A stretch of 64,000 bases of DNA from Acidimicrobiia bacterium (GTDB lineage: Bacteria > Actinomycetota > Acidimicrobiia > Acidimicrobiales > CAIXPF01): assembly GCA_947476745.1 (NCBI GenBank), contig CANJRG010000010.1, positions 78,247 through 142,246 of the forward strand, in the 5' to 3' direction. The position numbers and the translations under genes are program-made. Positions 30,235 to 42,201 of this stretch are shown one piece after another (the stretch's first letter is position 1; each line of letters begins with the position of its first letter). The notes under the pieces are model-generated. The model was not told the origin of the DNA. It ran no database searches and saw only the letters and a program-made list of their open reading frames with translations.

Positions 30235-31208
30235 CGGGACTCGACCTCCTGTTTCTTCGCACTCTGCAACGACCAGATCACCGTGACGGTCAGCACCACG
30301 GCGATGAACAACAGCGACCAGAGGGTCGGCAGGTGGTACCAGTGCGACGCCAGCATCTTGATGCCGACGAAGCCCAGGATGAGCCCGAGGCCCTTGTTGA
30401 GGTGGACCAGCTTGTCCTCGGCGCTGGCCAACAGGAAGTACAGCGAACGCAGGCCCAGGATGGCCAGGGCGTTCGAGCTGAACACGATGAACTGGTCGCG
30501 GCTGATGGCCAGGATGGCCGGAACCGAGTCGACCGCGAACACCACGTCGGTGGCCTCGATGAGGACCAGCACGATGAACAACGGGGTGGCCAGGCGGCGG
30601 GCGCCCGAGCGGGTGAACAGCTTCTGCCCGTCGTAGTCCGCGCTGACCGGGATGATGCGGCGCACCAACTTGAGCAGCGGGTTGTTCTCGGGGTGGATCT
30701 CGTGATCGCCGCCCTTGGCCACCTTCAGCCCGGTGTACACCAGAAAGGCCCCGAAGACGAACATCAGCCACTCGAAGCGGCTGAGCAGCGCCACCCCGGT
30801 GAACACGAAGATCGCCCGGAGGGCCAGTGCCCCGAAGATGCCCCAGAACAGCACCCGGTGCTGGTACTGCTTGGGCACCGAGAAGTAGCCGAAGATCACC
30901 GCCCAGACGAAGACGTTGTCGACCGACAGGCTCTTTTCGATGATGTAGCCGGTGATGTACTGCGACGCCGCCGTGCCACCCAGCCAGAACCAGATGACGA
31001 AGGTGAAGCTGACACCGAGCGCCACCCACATGGCACTGGTGACCGCAGCCTCACGCACCGAAATGACGTGGGCGTCCTTGTGCAGCACGAACAGGTCGAG
31101 CAGCAGCAACAGGGCCAGCCCGAGCACGAACAGCGCCCACACCCATGGCGCGACATGGAAACTCTCGAGGTTGGCTGACCCCGAGCTCTTAGCGGCGAGT
31201 AGGAGCAC
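30231..31208 (-). CDS. terC: TerC-family integral membrane protein
   Basis: It has YITGYIIEKSLSVDNVFVWAVIF and a second DSVPAILAI half, which are hallmark TerC repeats. Confidence 0.9.
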   Translation of the reverse strand: MLLLAAKSSGSANLESFHVAPWVWALFVLGLALLLLLDLFVLHKDAHVISVREAAVTSAMWVALGVSFTFVIWFWLGGTAASQYITGYIIEKSLSVDNVFVWAVIFGYFSVPKQYQHRVLFWGIFGALALRAIFVFTGVALLSRFEWLMFVFGAFLVYTGLKVAKGGDHEIHPENNPLLKLVRRIIPVSADYDGQKLFTRSGARRLATPLFIVLVLIEATDVVFAVDSVPAILAISRDQFIVFSSNALAILGLRSLYFLLASAEDKLVHLNKGLGLILGFVGIKMLASHWYHLPTLWSLLFIAVVLTVTVIWSLQSAKKQEVESR

Positions 31209-31237
31209 CCGTTCATTCTACGGACTGCGAACGACTA

Positions 31238-32044
31238 CTACTGACCCATCCGGCGCAGCCATGACTCGATCAACGCCCCGGCGATCGACATCCCGCCGCG
31301 GGGGCAAGGCGGCAGCGCATCGGCCCGGAACCAGCCGGCCTCGACGATCTCCTCCTCCTGCAACACCAGCTCGCCGCCGGCGTAGCGGGCGGTGAAGCCC
31401 AGCATGAGCGAGTTCGGAAACGGCCACGGCTGGGACCCGAAGTAGGTGATGTCGCTGACGCTGACACCGACCTCCTCCATGATCTCGCGTGCCACGCATT
31501 GCTCGAGGTTCTCGCCCGGCTCCACGAAACCGGCCAGCGTCGAGAAGAACCGGCCGGGGAACTGCCGGCCCCAGGCCAGCAACGCCTCTTCGTCCTCGCC
31601 CTCGCCGCGGGTGACCAGGGTGATCACCGCCGGGGACAGGCGTGGGTAGGCCAGCAGCCCGCACGAGGTGCACTTGCGCGACCGCTCGCTGGTCTGGGAC
31701 ACGGTGGCCTCGCCGCACCGGCCGCAGAACCGATGGGTACGGTCCCACGACACGATCTGCTCGGCCCGGCCGGCAACCACCCACAGCGCCTCGTCGATCT
31801 TGCCGTAGAGCTGGCGCAGCGGCACCCAGAGATGGTCGTCGGGCTCGTCGGTGTGCTCGGCCACATCGACGCCGTACACCCACGTCCCGTCGGCCGTACT
31901 GCCCAGGATGTGATGGGCGCCGTGCGGGATGTCGACCATCGCCGACGGCACGGCGAATCCCTCGGGACGGGCTTCGACGAGGATCTCCCCTCGCCGCACG
32001 ATCATGAACAGCGCCGAGTGGTCGTCGGACTCGGCTGGACGCAT
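31238..32044 (-). CDS. nudC: NAD+ diphosphatase NudC (NUDIX with zinc ribbon)
   Basis: It has zinc ribbon CGRCGEATVSQTSERSRKCTSCG followed by Nudix box GFVEPGENLEQCVAREIMEEVGV. I chose ATG 32044 because the tracked ATG 32134 lies inside the hppA terminator stem. Confidence 0.78.
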   Translation of the reverse strand: MRPAESDDHSALFMIVRRGEILVEARPEGFAVPSAMVDIPHGAHHILGSTADGTWVYGVDVAEHTDEPDDHLWVPLRQLYGKIDEALWVVAGRAEQIVSWDRTHRFCGRCGEATVSQTSERSRKCTSCGLLAYPRLSPAVITLVTRGEGEDEEALLAWGRQFPGRFFSTLAGFVEPGENLEQCVAREIMEEVGVSVSDITYFGSQPWPFPNSLMLGFTARYAGGELVLQEEEIVEAGWFRADALPPCPRGGMSIAGALIESWLRRMGQ

Positions 32045-32090
32045 ATGGGGCTCGAACACGTCCGAGATCGTAGGCGGTGGGAGCCGGCGG

Positions 32091-32136
32091 TGACCGAAAA
32101 CGCGGCATGAGCGGCCCCTGACGGGGCCGCTCATGC
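32091..32136 (-). terminator. intrinsic terminator of hppA
   Basis: A 14-bp perfect stem, GCATGAGCGGCCCC (32105-32118) / GGGGCCGCTCATGC (32123-32136), has a 4-nt loop. On the minus strand it is followed by CGCGTTTTCGG. It lies 34 nt after the hppA stop. Confidence 0.7.
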
Positions 32137-32169
32137 CAATCCGCGTGCGCGGAACGGAAAACCGGACGA

Positions 32170-34509
<2,340 letters not shown>

Positions 34510-34764
34510 ACGTGCTCCTCGTAAGGGTTCCCCCGAATCGGGGCCACAATCTACGGTTTGCGCACGCCCGACGCCAACATCGCTACCGGAACGACCCGCT
34601 GGACCGACGCGTCAATTGCCTCGGATCGAGCTCGTTAGTGTGAAAGCTCAACGAAGTTCGCGAGACCATCAGCGGAACAGGGTCCCGAACACTCCGGCCG
34701 TCGGCACCGAGCGGCCATGCTGCTCAGCACCCACTCGCCTGCACGCCGACCTGGATCGAACGAG

Positions 34765-36153
34765 ATGACCACCGAGCCGATCACCGACGCACGACCCGTC
34801 CGCTGGGGTGAGTCCTCTGCCTTCGTCCCGACCCGGGTGGTACGACCGGTCCAACGCCTGCTGCAGGAACAAACCGCAGGCGGCATCGTGATGCTGGTGT
34901 CGGCGGTGATCGCCATCGCCTGGGCCAACTCGCCCTGGTACCAGTCGTACTTCCGGCTGTGGGAGGCACCGTTCGAGCTGGCCGTCGGCCACGGCCCGCT
35001 GCATCTCGAGCTCACCCTGCAGGCCTTCGTCAACGACGTGCTGATGACGGTGTTCTTCTACCTCGCCGCGCTCGAGATCAAGCACGAACTGGTCCACGGC
35101 AGCTTCCGCGACAAGCGCGCAGCGGCGCTGCCCGCGGTGGCGGCGCTCGGGGGCATGGCCGTCCCGGCCGTGGTGTACGCCCTGCTCAACGCCGGCGGTC
35201 CCGGAGCGAGCGGCTGGGGGATCCCGATGGCGACCGACATCGCCTTCGCCGTGTCGGTGGTGACCCTGCTGGGGACGCGCGTCCCGCTCGCCGCCCGCGC
35301 ATTCCTGCTGACCCTCGCCGTGGCCGACGACATCGGCGGCATCGTGGTCATCGCCATCTTCTACACCGACGGGTTGCGCTTCACCTGGCTGCTCGGGGCG
35401 GTGCTGGCGTTCACCGGGGCGTACCTGGCCCAACGCCGCCAGATACGCTCGTACGCCCCGTACCTCATCCTCGGGGTCACGTCGTGGTTCTGTCTGCACG
35501 AATCGGGCGTGCACGCCACCATCGCCGGCGTGGTCCTCGGCTTGCTGACCCCGGCCGAACCGTTCCACCCGGTGGCGCACTTCGCCCGGGCGGCCCGCCC
35601 GCTGGTGGACCGGATCGCCGCCAGCGTCGAGGACCAGGTCATCACCGAGGACGAGGATGCCGGCAACGAGACCGGCCTGCGGGACCTGTGCCGGCTCAGC
35701 GTCGAGACCATGTCGCCGCTCGAACGGCACCTGGCATGGGCGGGTCCGTGGGTGGCCTTCGTGATCGTGCCGCTGTTCGCCCTGGCCAATGCCGGCGTTC
35801 GGTTCGTAGGCGGCGGGATCGGCAACCCCTTCACCGATGCGGTGGTGCTCGGGCCCGCCCTCGGCCTGCTGATCGGCAAGACCGTCGGGATCTTCGCCTT
35901 CTCGTTCGTCACGGTGAAGGCCCGGATCGGCCGTCTTCCCGAGGGCGTGACCTGGCCCATCGTCGCCGGGCTCGCCACCACCGCCGGTGTCGGCTTCACC
36001 GTGGCGTTGTTCATCACCAGCCTGTCCTTCGACGACCTCGATCTCACCAACCGGGCCAAGGTCGGCGTGCTGCTGGGGTCGATCGCCTCCGGGATACTGG
36101 GCTACCTGCTGTTGCGACTCGCCTCGAGCCGCAACAGCAGCGTCACCGCCTGA
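34765..36153 (+). CDS. nhaA: Na+/H+ antiporter NhaA
   Basis: It has GGIVMLVSAVIAIAWANSPW, GWGIPMATDIAFAV and LTLAVADDIGGIVVIAIFYT, which are canonical NhaA segments. The start is at MTTEPITD. Confidence 0.9.
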   Translation: MTTEPITDARPVRWGESSAFVPTRVVRPVQRLLQEQTAGGIVMLVSAVIAIAWANSPWYQSYFRLWEAPFELAVGHGPLHLELTLQAFVNDVLMTVFFYLAALEIKHELVHGSFRDKRAAALPAVAALGGMAVPAVVYALLNAGGPGASGWGIPMATDIAFAVSVVTLLGTRVPLAARAFLLTLAVADDIGGIVVIAIFYTDGLRFTWLLGAVLAFTGAYLAQRRQIRSYAPYLILGVTSWFCLHESGVHATIAGVVLGLLTPAEPFHPVAHFARAARPLVDRIAASVEDQVITEDEDAGNETGLRDLCRLSVETMSPLERHLAWAGPWVAFVIVPLFALANAGVRFVGGGIGNPFTDAVVLGPALGLLIGKTVGIFAFSFVTVKARIGRLPEGVTWPIVAGLATTAGVGFTVALFITSLSFDDLDLTNRAKVGVLLGSIASGILGYLLLRLASSRNSSVTA

Positions 36154-36187
36154 GCACCGGCCGGAGCACCGGCGCCGCAGGGAGCGC

Positions 36188-37021
36188 TCAGCGAACCAGC
36201 CAGTCGCCGGGCAGGCCGGCCTCGCTGTCGCCCCACAGCCGGTTGGCGTAGCGGCGCATTCCGCCGAGCCAACGGTCGTAGTCGGTGGCCTTGCGCTGGA
36301 AGTAGGTCAGCACCTCGGGGTGGGGCAGCACCAAGAATCGCTCGTTCGCCACCGCATCGAGGCAGGCATCGGCCACCACGAGCGGGTCGAGCACGCCGTC
36401 ACCGCTGGCCTGTCCGCCACTGCCACGCGCCGCCCGCTCGTCGTCGAAGCTCGCCAGGATGTTGGTGGCCACCGCCTGCGGACACAGCACCGACACCCGG
36501 ATGCCCTGGTGGTGGTGGTTGATCGACAGCCACTCGGCGAGAGACACCGCGGCGTGCTTGGTGACTGCGTAGATGACCGAGTCCATCTGGGTGAGCAACC
36601 CTGCCGCCGAGGCGGTGTTGAGCAGGTAGCCCTCGCCACGGTCGATCATCGAGGGCAGCACGGCTCGGGCGGCGTAGACGTGAGCCATGGTGTGGACCTG
36701 CCACATCCGCTCGAAATCGGCATTGGACAGCTCGATGCCGCCCCGCTTGCCGTACCCGGCATTGGACACGAACAGGTCGATCGGACCCGTGGTCGCCAGC
36801 ACGTCGTCCACCAACGCCTTGATCGCGGCCTCGTCGGCCACGTCGATGCCGACCCCACGCACCCGGTCGCCGAGCCGTTCGGCCACGGCCTCCGCCCGCT
36901 CGGCGGACAGGTCCGCCACCACCACGTGGCGGGCCCCACCGGCCACGCATCGTTCGGCCAGCGCCTCGCCGATGCCGCTGCCGCCACCGGTGATCACCAC
37001 GGTCCTGTTCTCGATCTGCAT
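36188..37021 (-). CDS. SDR-family oxidoreductase (paralog of 13309..14082)
   Basis: It has VVITGGGSGIGEAL and YAVTKHA. It shares long stretches with the other SDR (AVLPSMI.RGEGYL..TASAAGLL, GIRVSVLCPQ, RF.VLPHPEV). Confidence 0.85.
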   Translation of the reverse strand: MQIENRTVVITGGGSGIGEALAERCVAGGARHVVVADLSAERAEAVAERLGDRVRGVGIDVADEAAIKALVDDVLATTGPIDLFVSNAGYGKRGGIELSNADFERMWQVHTMAHVYAARAVLPSMIDRGEGYLLNTASAAGLLTQMDSVIYAVTKHAAVSLAEWLSINHHHQGIRVSVLCPQAVATNILASFDDERAARGSGGQASGDGVLDPLVVADACLDAVANERFLVLPHPEVLTYFQRKATDYDRWLGGMRRYANRLWGDSEAGLPGDWLVR

Positions 37022-37070
37022 GGTGCTGATCGTAGGCGCCGGACCGCGGTGCTTCGCCTACGATGCGGCC

Positions 37071-38132
37071 ATGACCGGACCGATCGAGGCCACCGACACC
37101 CCCGACGGCATCGAGGTCGGGCCGGTGACGGCCTGGCTGCTCGAGCACCGGGCCGATCTCGCCGGCCCGTTCCGCTGGGAGAAGCTGCCCGGCGGACACT
37201 CCAACTTCACCTACCGGGTGACTGACGCCAACGGCACGGCCTTCGTCCTGCGACGGCCGCCCCTGGGCGAGTTGCTGCCCTCGGCCCACGACATGGCCCG
37301 GGAGTTCCGCATCATCAGCGCCCTGTGGCCCACCCCGGTGCCGGTGCCCGAACCGATCGCCTTCTGCGACGACCTGTCGGTGACCGGTGCCCGCTTCTAT
37401 TGCATGGGTGCCGTCGACGGCAAGAGCCTCTACGAGGGCGCCGACGTCGAGGCCCAGCTCGCCGAGGACAAGCGGCGGTCCATCGGGTTCAGCTTCATCG
37501 ACGTCCTGGCCGACCTCCATGCGCTCGACCCCGACGCGATCGGCCTGGGCGACCTCGGACGCAAGGACGACTACGTCGGTCGTCAACTCAAGCGATGGTT
37601 CGCCTCGTGGAACGCCTCCCAGACCGAGGACAGCTCGACGCTCACCGATGTGGCCGTGCTGCACGACGAACTGGTGGCCCGACTGCCCGAACAGGGGCCG
37701 GCCCGCCTGGTGCACGGCGACTACGGGCTGCACAACACCCTGTCGCACCGTGACGGCTACATCGCCGGCGTGATCGACTGGGAGATCTCCACCCTGGGCG
37801 ACCCCCTCGCCGACCTGGCCTACGCCCTGAACACCTGGGTCGGCCCTGAGGACCCGCCCTCCCCCAAAGCCGACATCCCGACCCTCGAACCGGGCTTCCC
37901 GTCACGCCAGGAACTGATCGACCGCTACGCCGAACGCACCGGCAGCGACCTCGGCCAGCTGCCCTACTACTCGGCGTTCAACCACTGGAAGACGGTGTGC
38001 ATCCTCCAGGGCGTCTACGCCCGCTACTTGCAGGGCCAGAAGTCGAGCGAGGGCGTCGACCTCCGCCTGCTCGCGCAGCGCCGCAACCACGCCCTGTTCC
38101 TGGCCCGCCAGACCCTGAACGCAGCCGACTGA
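37071..38132 (+). CDS. phosphotransferase-family (APH/ChoK-fold) protein
   Basis: It has LPGGHSNFTYRV, catalytic loop LVHGDYGLHNTL and VIDWEISTLGDPLADLAY. The ATG at 37071 lies inside tracked ORF 36687..38132. Confidence 0.8.
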   Translation: MTGPIEATDTPDGIEVGPVTAWLLEHRADLAGPFRWEKLPGGHSNFTYRVTDANGTAFVLRRPPLGELLPSAHDMAREFRIISALWPTPVPVPEPIAFCDDLSVTGARFYCMGAVDGKSLYEGADVEAQLAEDKRRSIGFSFIDVLADLHALDPDAIGLGDLGRKDDYVGRQLKRWFASWNASQTEDSSTLTDVAVLHDELVARLPEQGPARLVHGDYGLHNTLSHRDGYIAGVIDWEISTLGDPLADLAYALNTWVGPEDPPSPKADIPTLEPGFPSRQELIDRYAERTGSDLGQLPYYSAFNHWKTVCILQGVYARYLQGQKSSEGVDLRLLAQRRNHALFLARQTLNAAD

Positions 38133-38178
38133 GCAAGCCGGGCCGGTGGACACCGACCCGGCTCGGCACCACCGGCGA

Positions 38179-39393
38179 TCAGTCCGCCGACAGAGGCAGG
38201 TAGTAGGACGCGAGCGGCGGGAAGCCGTTGAAGGCCACCGCCGAGTAGGTCGTGGTGTAGGCCCCAGTGGACAGCAGCTCGATGCGGTCGCCGGCCACCA
38301 AGGCCATGGGCAGCCGGTACTGGTGCTCCTCGTACAGCACGTCGGCACTGTCGCAGGTCGGACCGGCGAGAACCACCGGGCCGGTGGGCGAGGTGGCGAC
38401 GTAGGGGGTGGCGATCGGGTACTTGATCGCCTCGCCCAGACACTCGGCGAGACCGCCGAACAACCCGATGTCGAGATAGACCCAGCGGTGCTGGTCGTGG
38501 ATCGACTTGCGGGCGACGAGGACCACCTCGGTCTGGATGACGCCGGCGTCGGCCACCAGGTACCGACCGGGTTCGGCGATCAGGCGAGGGGGCTCGTCGC
38601 CGAAGAATTTCCGTACGGCGGCGAGGATGACGGACCCGTACTCCTCGGGCGTGGGCACATCGTTGATGTAGCTGCCCGGGAAGCCACCACCGATGTTAAG
38701 GGCATCGAGGCGGTGTCCGGCCGCCGCGAGCGGGGCACAGAGCTGCTCGGCAACGACCTCGAGCGCAGCATCCCAGGCATGTGGGTTGCGTTGCTGGGAG
38801 CCGACATGGAAACACACGCCCAACCCGAGGCCGGCCTCGGACGCCCGCACGAGCAACTCGACGGCCTGGTCGACGTCACAGCCGAACTTGCGCGACAACG
38901 GCCAGTCCGAACCGGCCCCGTCGCAGAGGATGCGGCAGAAGGCGACGACCTCGGCCGGCTCGACGGAAGCCCGCCGGGTGGCGACCACGTCGATGATCTT
39001 GTCGAGTTCCTCAGCGGCGTCGAAGGAGAAGTACCGAACCCCGCGGTCGATCGCATAGGCGATGTCGCGGTGTTTCTTCATGGTGTTGCCGTAGGACAGT
39101 TGCGACGGATCGGCACCGGCGGTGAGCGCCATGTCGATCTCGCCCGGGCTGGCCACGTCGAACCGGCAGCCGTGACCGACCAGCAGCTCGAGGATCTCCG
39201 GGGCGGGATTGGCCTTCACCGCATAGAACAGCTCGGTGTTCGGAAGCGCTGCCTCGAGCCGGAGATACCGGTCTCGGACCACGTCGAGATCGACGACGAG
39301 GAACGGGGTCTCCGGGGATTCCGCCGCCAAGAAGGCTTCGATACGGGCCGTGGGAGCGGGCAGAACGCTTGCGGTAGACGTGATCACGGTCAA
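38179..39393 (-). CDS. type III PLP-dependent decarboxylase (ornithine/lysine/DAP decarboxylase family)
   Basis: It has the PLP-Lys motif FYAVKANP, FDVASPGEI, and HVGSQ. The start is TTG 39393 or GTG 39387. Confidence 0.85.
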   Translation of the reverse strand: MTVITSTASVLPAPTARIEAFLAAESPETPFLVVDLDVVRDRYLRLEAALPNTELFYAVKANPAPEILELLVGHGCRFDVASPGEIDMALTAGADPSQLSYGNTMKKHRDIAYAIDRGVRYFSFDAAEELDKIIDVVATRRASVEPAEVVAFCRILCDGAGSDWPLSRKFGCDVDQAVELLVRASEAGLGLGVCFHVGSQQRNPHAWDAALEVVAEQLCAPLAAAGHRLDALNIGGGFPGSYINDVPTPEEYGSVILAAVRKFFGDEPPRLIAEPGRYLVADAGVIQTEVVLVARKSIHDQHRWVYLDIGLFGGLAECLGEAIKYPIATPYVATSPTGPVVLAGPTCDSADVLYEEHQYRLPMALVAGDRIELLSTGAYTTTYSAVAFNGFPPLASYYLPLSAD

Positions 39394-39584
39394 CGGGCCT
39401 GGACACCTCCGGTGCGCAACGGCGGGATCAAGCCCCCCACGTTAGTTCGTGCGGGAGGTCGACCGGGTACCTCCCCCGCCGATGTACCTGGCGCAGGTGA
39501 GCGAACCCGCGTCGGGACACGGAACGGATCTGCCTTGGAAAAGGCCCGACCCGACCCTGTCCCGGACCAGCCGGGGCAGGTGGA

Positions 39585-40445
39585 TCAACCGGCTGCGGGC
39601 ACGAAACCGAGGTTCTCGGCCACCCGCAAGGCCACGTCGGAGCGGTTCAGCGTGTACAGGTGCACCCCGGGCGCGCCGCCGTCGAGCAGCTCGCGACCGA
39701 GCTCGGAGGCCGCTTCCATAGCGATCTCGAGACGGTCCTCGGCGTCCGCCTCGCTGAGACGGGCCCACAGCCCGGGCGGCACCCGGGTGCCGTTCATGGC
39801 GGCGAACCGCGAGATCGACGCCGGGTTCGTGACCGGCATCAGCCCCGGCAGCACCGGGGCGTGGCAGCCAAGGGCTGCCAGCTCCTCCACCATGCGGAAG
39901 TACGGGGCGGCGTCGAAGAAGAACTGGGTGATGCCGAAATCGGCCAGCCCGAGCTTCGCGGCCAGCCGGCGACGGTCCTCCCGGGTGTTCTCCGAGCGGG
40001 GATGCATCTCGGGGAAGGCCGCCACCCCCACGGTGAAGTCATCGACCGAGCGCACCAGCTCGACCAGTTCCGACGCATACGTCAGCTCGCCGCTGGGCGG
40101 GGTGCCGTCGGCCGGCGGGTCGCCACCGAGGGCCAGGATGTTCTGCACCCCGTGGTCCCGGTAGTCCTCCAGCAACGCCAGGAGGTCCGCCCGGCGAAGG
40201 TTCATGCAGGTCAGGTGGGCCATCGTCGGAAACGGATGGCTCTGCGTGAAGTCGACAACCAGGTCACGCGTGCGGTGGGCGTCGGTTCCGCCGGCGCCGT
40301 AGGTGACCGACACGAAGGCGGGGTTCGCCCGCCGCAGTTCGTGCACGGTCTTCTCCAACCCCCGCGCCGCCTCGTCGCTCTTCGGGGGGAAGAACTCGAA
40401 GGACAGCGTCGGAGGACCACCGAGGAGCTCGCGGATCTGGGCCAT
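39585..40445 (-). CDS. metF: methylenetetrahydrofolate reductase
   Basis: It has [10 protein letters not shown] and [10 protein letters not shown], and a family-typical length of 286 aa. Confidence 0.9.
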   Translation of the reverse strand: MAQIRELLGGPPTLSFEFFPPKSDEAARGLEKTVHELRRANPAFVSVTYGAGGTDAHRTRDLVVDFTQSHPFPTMAHLTCMNLRRADLLALLEDYRDHGVQNILALGGDPPADGTPPSGELTYASELVELVRSVDDFTVGVAAFPEMHPRSENTREDRRRLAAKLGLADFGITQFFFDAAPYFRMVEELAALGCHAPVLPGLMPVTNPASISRFAAMNGTRVPPGLWARLSEADAEDRLEIAMEAASELGRELLDGGAPGVHLYTLNRSDVALRVAENLGFVPAAG

Positions 40446-40486
40446 TGGAAAAGCCTACGGCGCCCGAAGCGATTCGGCAGTGAGTC

Positions 40487-42013
40487 TCAATGCCTGAAAT
40501 GCCGCTCGCCGGTGAAGACCATGGCCATGCCCGCCTCGTCCGCGGCCTCGATGACCTCGCTGTCGCGGACCGATCCACCCGGCTGGACCACGGCGGTCGC
40601 CCCGGCCTCGGCGGCGGCGTCGAGCCCGTCGCGGAAGGGGAAGAAGGCGTCGCTGGCGCACGCCCCGCCACGGGCCCGGCCGTCGGCCTTCTCCGCGGCG
40701 ATGCGACCGGCGTCGCGCCGGTTCTGCTGACCGGCGCCGATACCGACCGCGGCACCGTCCTTGACCAGCACGATGGTGTTGGATGTGACCGACGCACACA
40801 CCCGCCAGGCCAGCTCGAGGTCGGCCCACTCGGCGTCGCCGGGGGCCCGCTTGGTGACCACTTGGAACGACGCAGGGTCCCACGTCACCCGGTCGGGGGT
40901 CTGCACCAGTAGCCCGCCGTCGATGGGCCGTACCTGCAGGCCCAGCGGGGACGGCGCCGGGGCGCTCAGCACCCGCACGTTGGCCTTCTTCTGCAGCAAC
41001 GCCAGCGCCTCCGGCTCGTAGGCGGGGGCGATGACCACCTCGGTGAACACCGGGCTGAGCGCCTCGGCCAGCGCCAAGGGCATCGGGCGGTTGAGCGCCA
41101 CGATCCCCCCGAAGGCCGACACCGGATCGCAGGCATGGGCCCGCCGGTAGACCTCGGTGATGTCCTCACCGACCGCCACCCCACAGGGGTTGGCGTGCTT
41201 GATGATGGCAACCGACGCCCGATCCCCCAACGACCAGGCCAGACGCCACGCGGCGTCGGCGTCGTAGACGTTGAGGTAGGACATCTCCTTGCCGTTGAGC
41301 TGCTGGGCCGCGTCCCACCAACCGGCCGGGCCGCTGCTGTAGCGGTAGCGGGCGCCCAGCTGATGGGGGTTCTCGCCGTAGCGCAGCGTCGTCACCCGTT
41401 CGACCGACAGGTGCAGCGTCGGCGGCAGTGACGTATCGGCGGCATCGACGGCATCGGCGGCATCGACGGCGTCGAACCACGTGACGATCGCGGCGTCGTA
41501 GGCCGCGGTGTGGGCGAACGCCGCCCGGGCCAACCGCCGGCGGGTCGCCGCCGACAACGCCCCGTCGGCGCGCAACTCGGCCACGACCCCGGCGTAGTCG
41601 GCCGGGTCGGTCACCACGCCGACATGGGCGTGGTTCTTGGCTGCGGCGCGCACCATGGCCGGGCCGCCGATGTCGATCAGCTCCACCGACGGGTTGGACC
41701 CGAACGGGTAGAGGTTGCCGACGACGAGGTCGATCGGGGCGATGTCGTTGGCCTCGAGGTCAGCGACGTGGGAGGGCTCGCTGCGGTCGGCGAGGATCCC
41801 GCCGTGCACGATCGGGTGCAACGTCACCACCCGATGACCGAACAGCGCCGGATAACCGGTCAGATCGGCGACATCGGTGACGGGGACCCCGGCGGTGGCC
41901 AGCGCCGCAGCGGTCCCACCGCTCGACACCAGTTGCCAGCCCAGCGAGGTCAGATCCTTGCCGAGTTCGACGATGCCAGACTTGTCATAGACGGAGAGCA
42001 GAGCGGTGGGCAC
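40487..42013 (-). CDS. purH: bifunctional AICAR formyltransferase / IMP cyclohydrolase
   Basis: It has (V)[20 protein letters not shown] at the N-terminus and the C-terminal FTGERHFRH. The GTG at 42013 was chosen so that the N-terminus matches the family. It contains an in-frame 18-bp duplication (see repeat 41435..41470). Confidence 0.93.
   Translation of the reverse strand: MPTALLSVYDKSGIVELGKDLTSLGWQLVSSGGTAAALATAGVPVTDVADLTGYPALFGHRVVTLHPIVHGGILADRSEPSHVADLEANDIAPIDLVVGNLYPFGSNPSVELIDIGGPAMVRAAAKNHAHVGVVTDPADYAGVVAELRADGALSAATRRRLARAAFAHTAAYDAAIVTWFDAVDAADAVDAADTSLPPTLHLSVERVTTLRYGENPHQLGARYRYSSGPAGWWDAAQQLNGKEMSYLNVYDADAAWRLAWSLGDRASVAIIKHANPCGVAVGEDITEVYRRAHACDPVSAFGGIVALNRPMPLALAEALSPVFTEVVIAPAYEPEALALLQKKANVRVLSAPAPSPLGLQVRPIDGGLLVQTPDRVTWDPASFQVVTKRAPGDAEWADLELAWRVCASVTSNTIVLVKDGAAVGIGAGQQNRRDAGRIAAEKADGRARGGACASDAFFPFRDGLDAAAEAGATAVVQPGGSVRDSEVIEAADEAGMAMVFTGERHFRH
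41435..41470 (-). repeat. perfect in-frame 18-bp tandem duplication inside purH (AVDAAD x2)
   Basis: ATCGGCGGCATCGACGGC occurs twice head-to-tail (41435-41452 and 41453-41470). The protein reads [16 protein letters not shown]. Confidence 0.9.
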
Positions 42014-42046
42014 CCGGGAACCGTAGTGAACGCGCCAGGGACGCAG

Positions 42047-42080
42047 CGAGGCCCGCAGCCGGATTCGGCTGCGGGCCTCG
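42047..42080 (-). terminator. 15-bp perfect hairpin between the sucD 3' repeats and the purH start
   Basis: CGAGGCCCGCAGCCG (42047-42061) / CGGCTGCGGGCCTCG (42066-42080) with loop GATT. There is no U-tract. Confidence 0.5.
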
Positions 42081-42088
42081 ACCAAAGA

Positions 42089-42201
42089 ACGATGTCCCCG
42101 TTCACAACGAGCGGACGATGTCCCCGTTCACAACGAGCGGACGATGTCCCCGTTCACAACGAGCGGACGATGTCCCCGTTCACAACGAGCGGACGATGTC
42201 C
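42089..42201 (-). repeat. 26-bp perfect tandem array (4 full copies plus a 9-nt partial) reiterating the sucD 3' end including its stop codon
   Basis: ACGATGTCCCCGTTCACAACGAGCGG occurs at 42089, 42115, 42141 and 42167, and ACGATGTCC at 42193. On the minus strand each unit reads GAC ATC GTC CGC TCG TTG TGA ACGGG, which is sucD's last six codons plus the stop. Confidence 0.95.

Noticed and set aside
29788-31029. A 413-aa ORF spanning the usp and terC region on the minus strand.
   Set aside because: Only its last 149 codons (from ATG 30234) look like a Usp domain. The remainder overlaps terC out of frame.
32045-32134. The tracked start ATG 32134 for nudC.
   Set aside because: That ATG is part of the right arm of the 14-bp hppA terminator stem. 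The next in-frame ATG (32044) was used instead, and the exact start remains uncertain.
42089-42201. Possibility that the 26-bp repeat array is a CRISPR array, or that it encodes the plus-strand ORFs 42118..42360 and 42144..43544 (MSPFTTSGRCPRSQRADD...).
   Set aside because: The copies are directly adjacent with no spacers, and no cas genes are present. The plus-strand ORFs are antisense to sucD and arise only because each unit happens to contain ATG.
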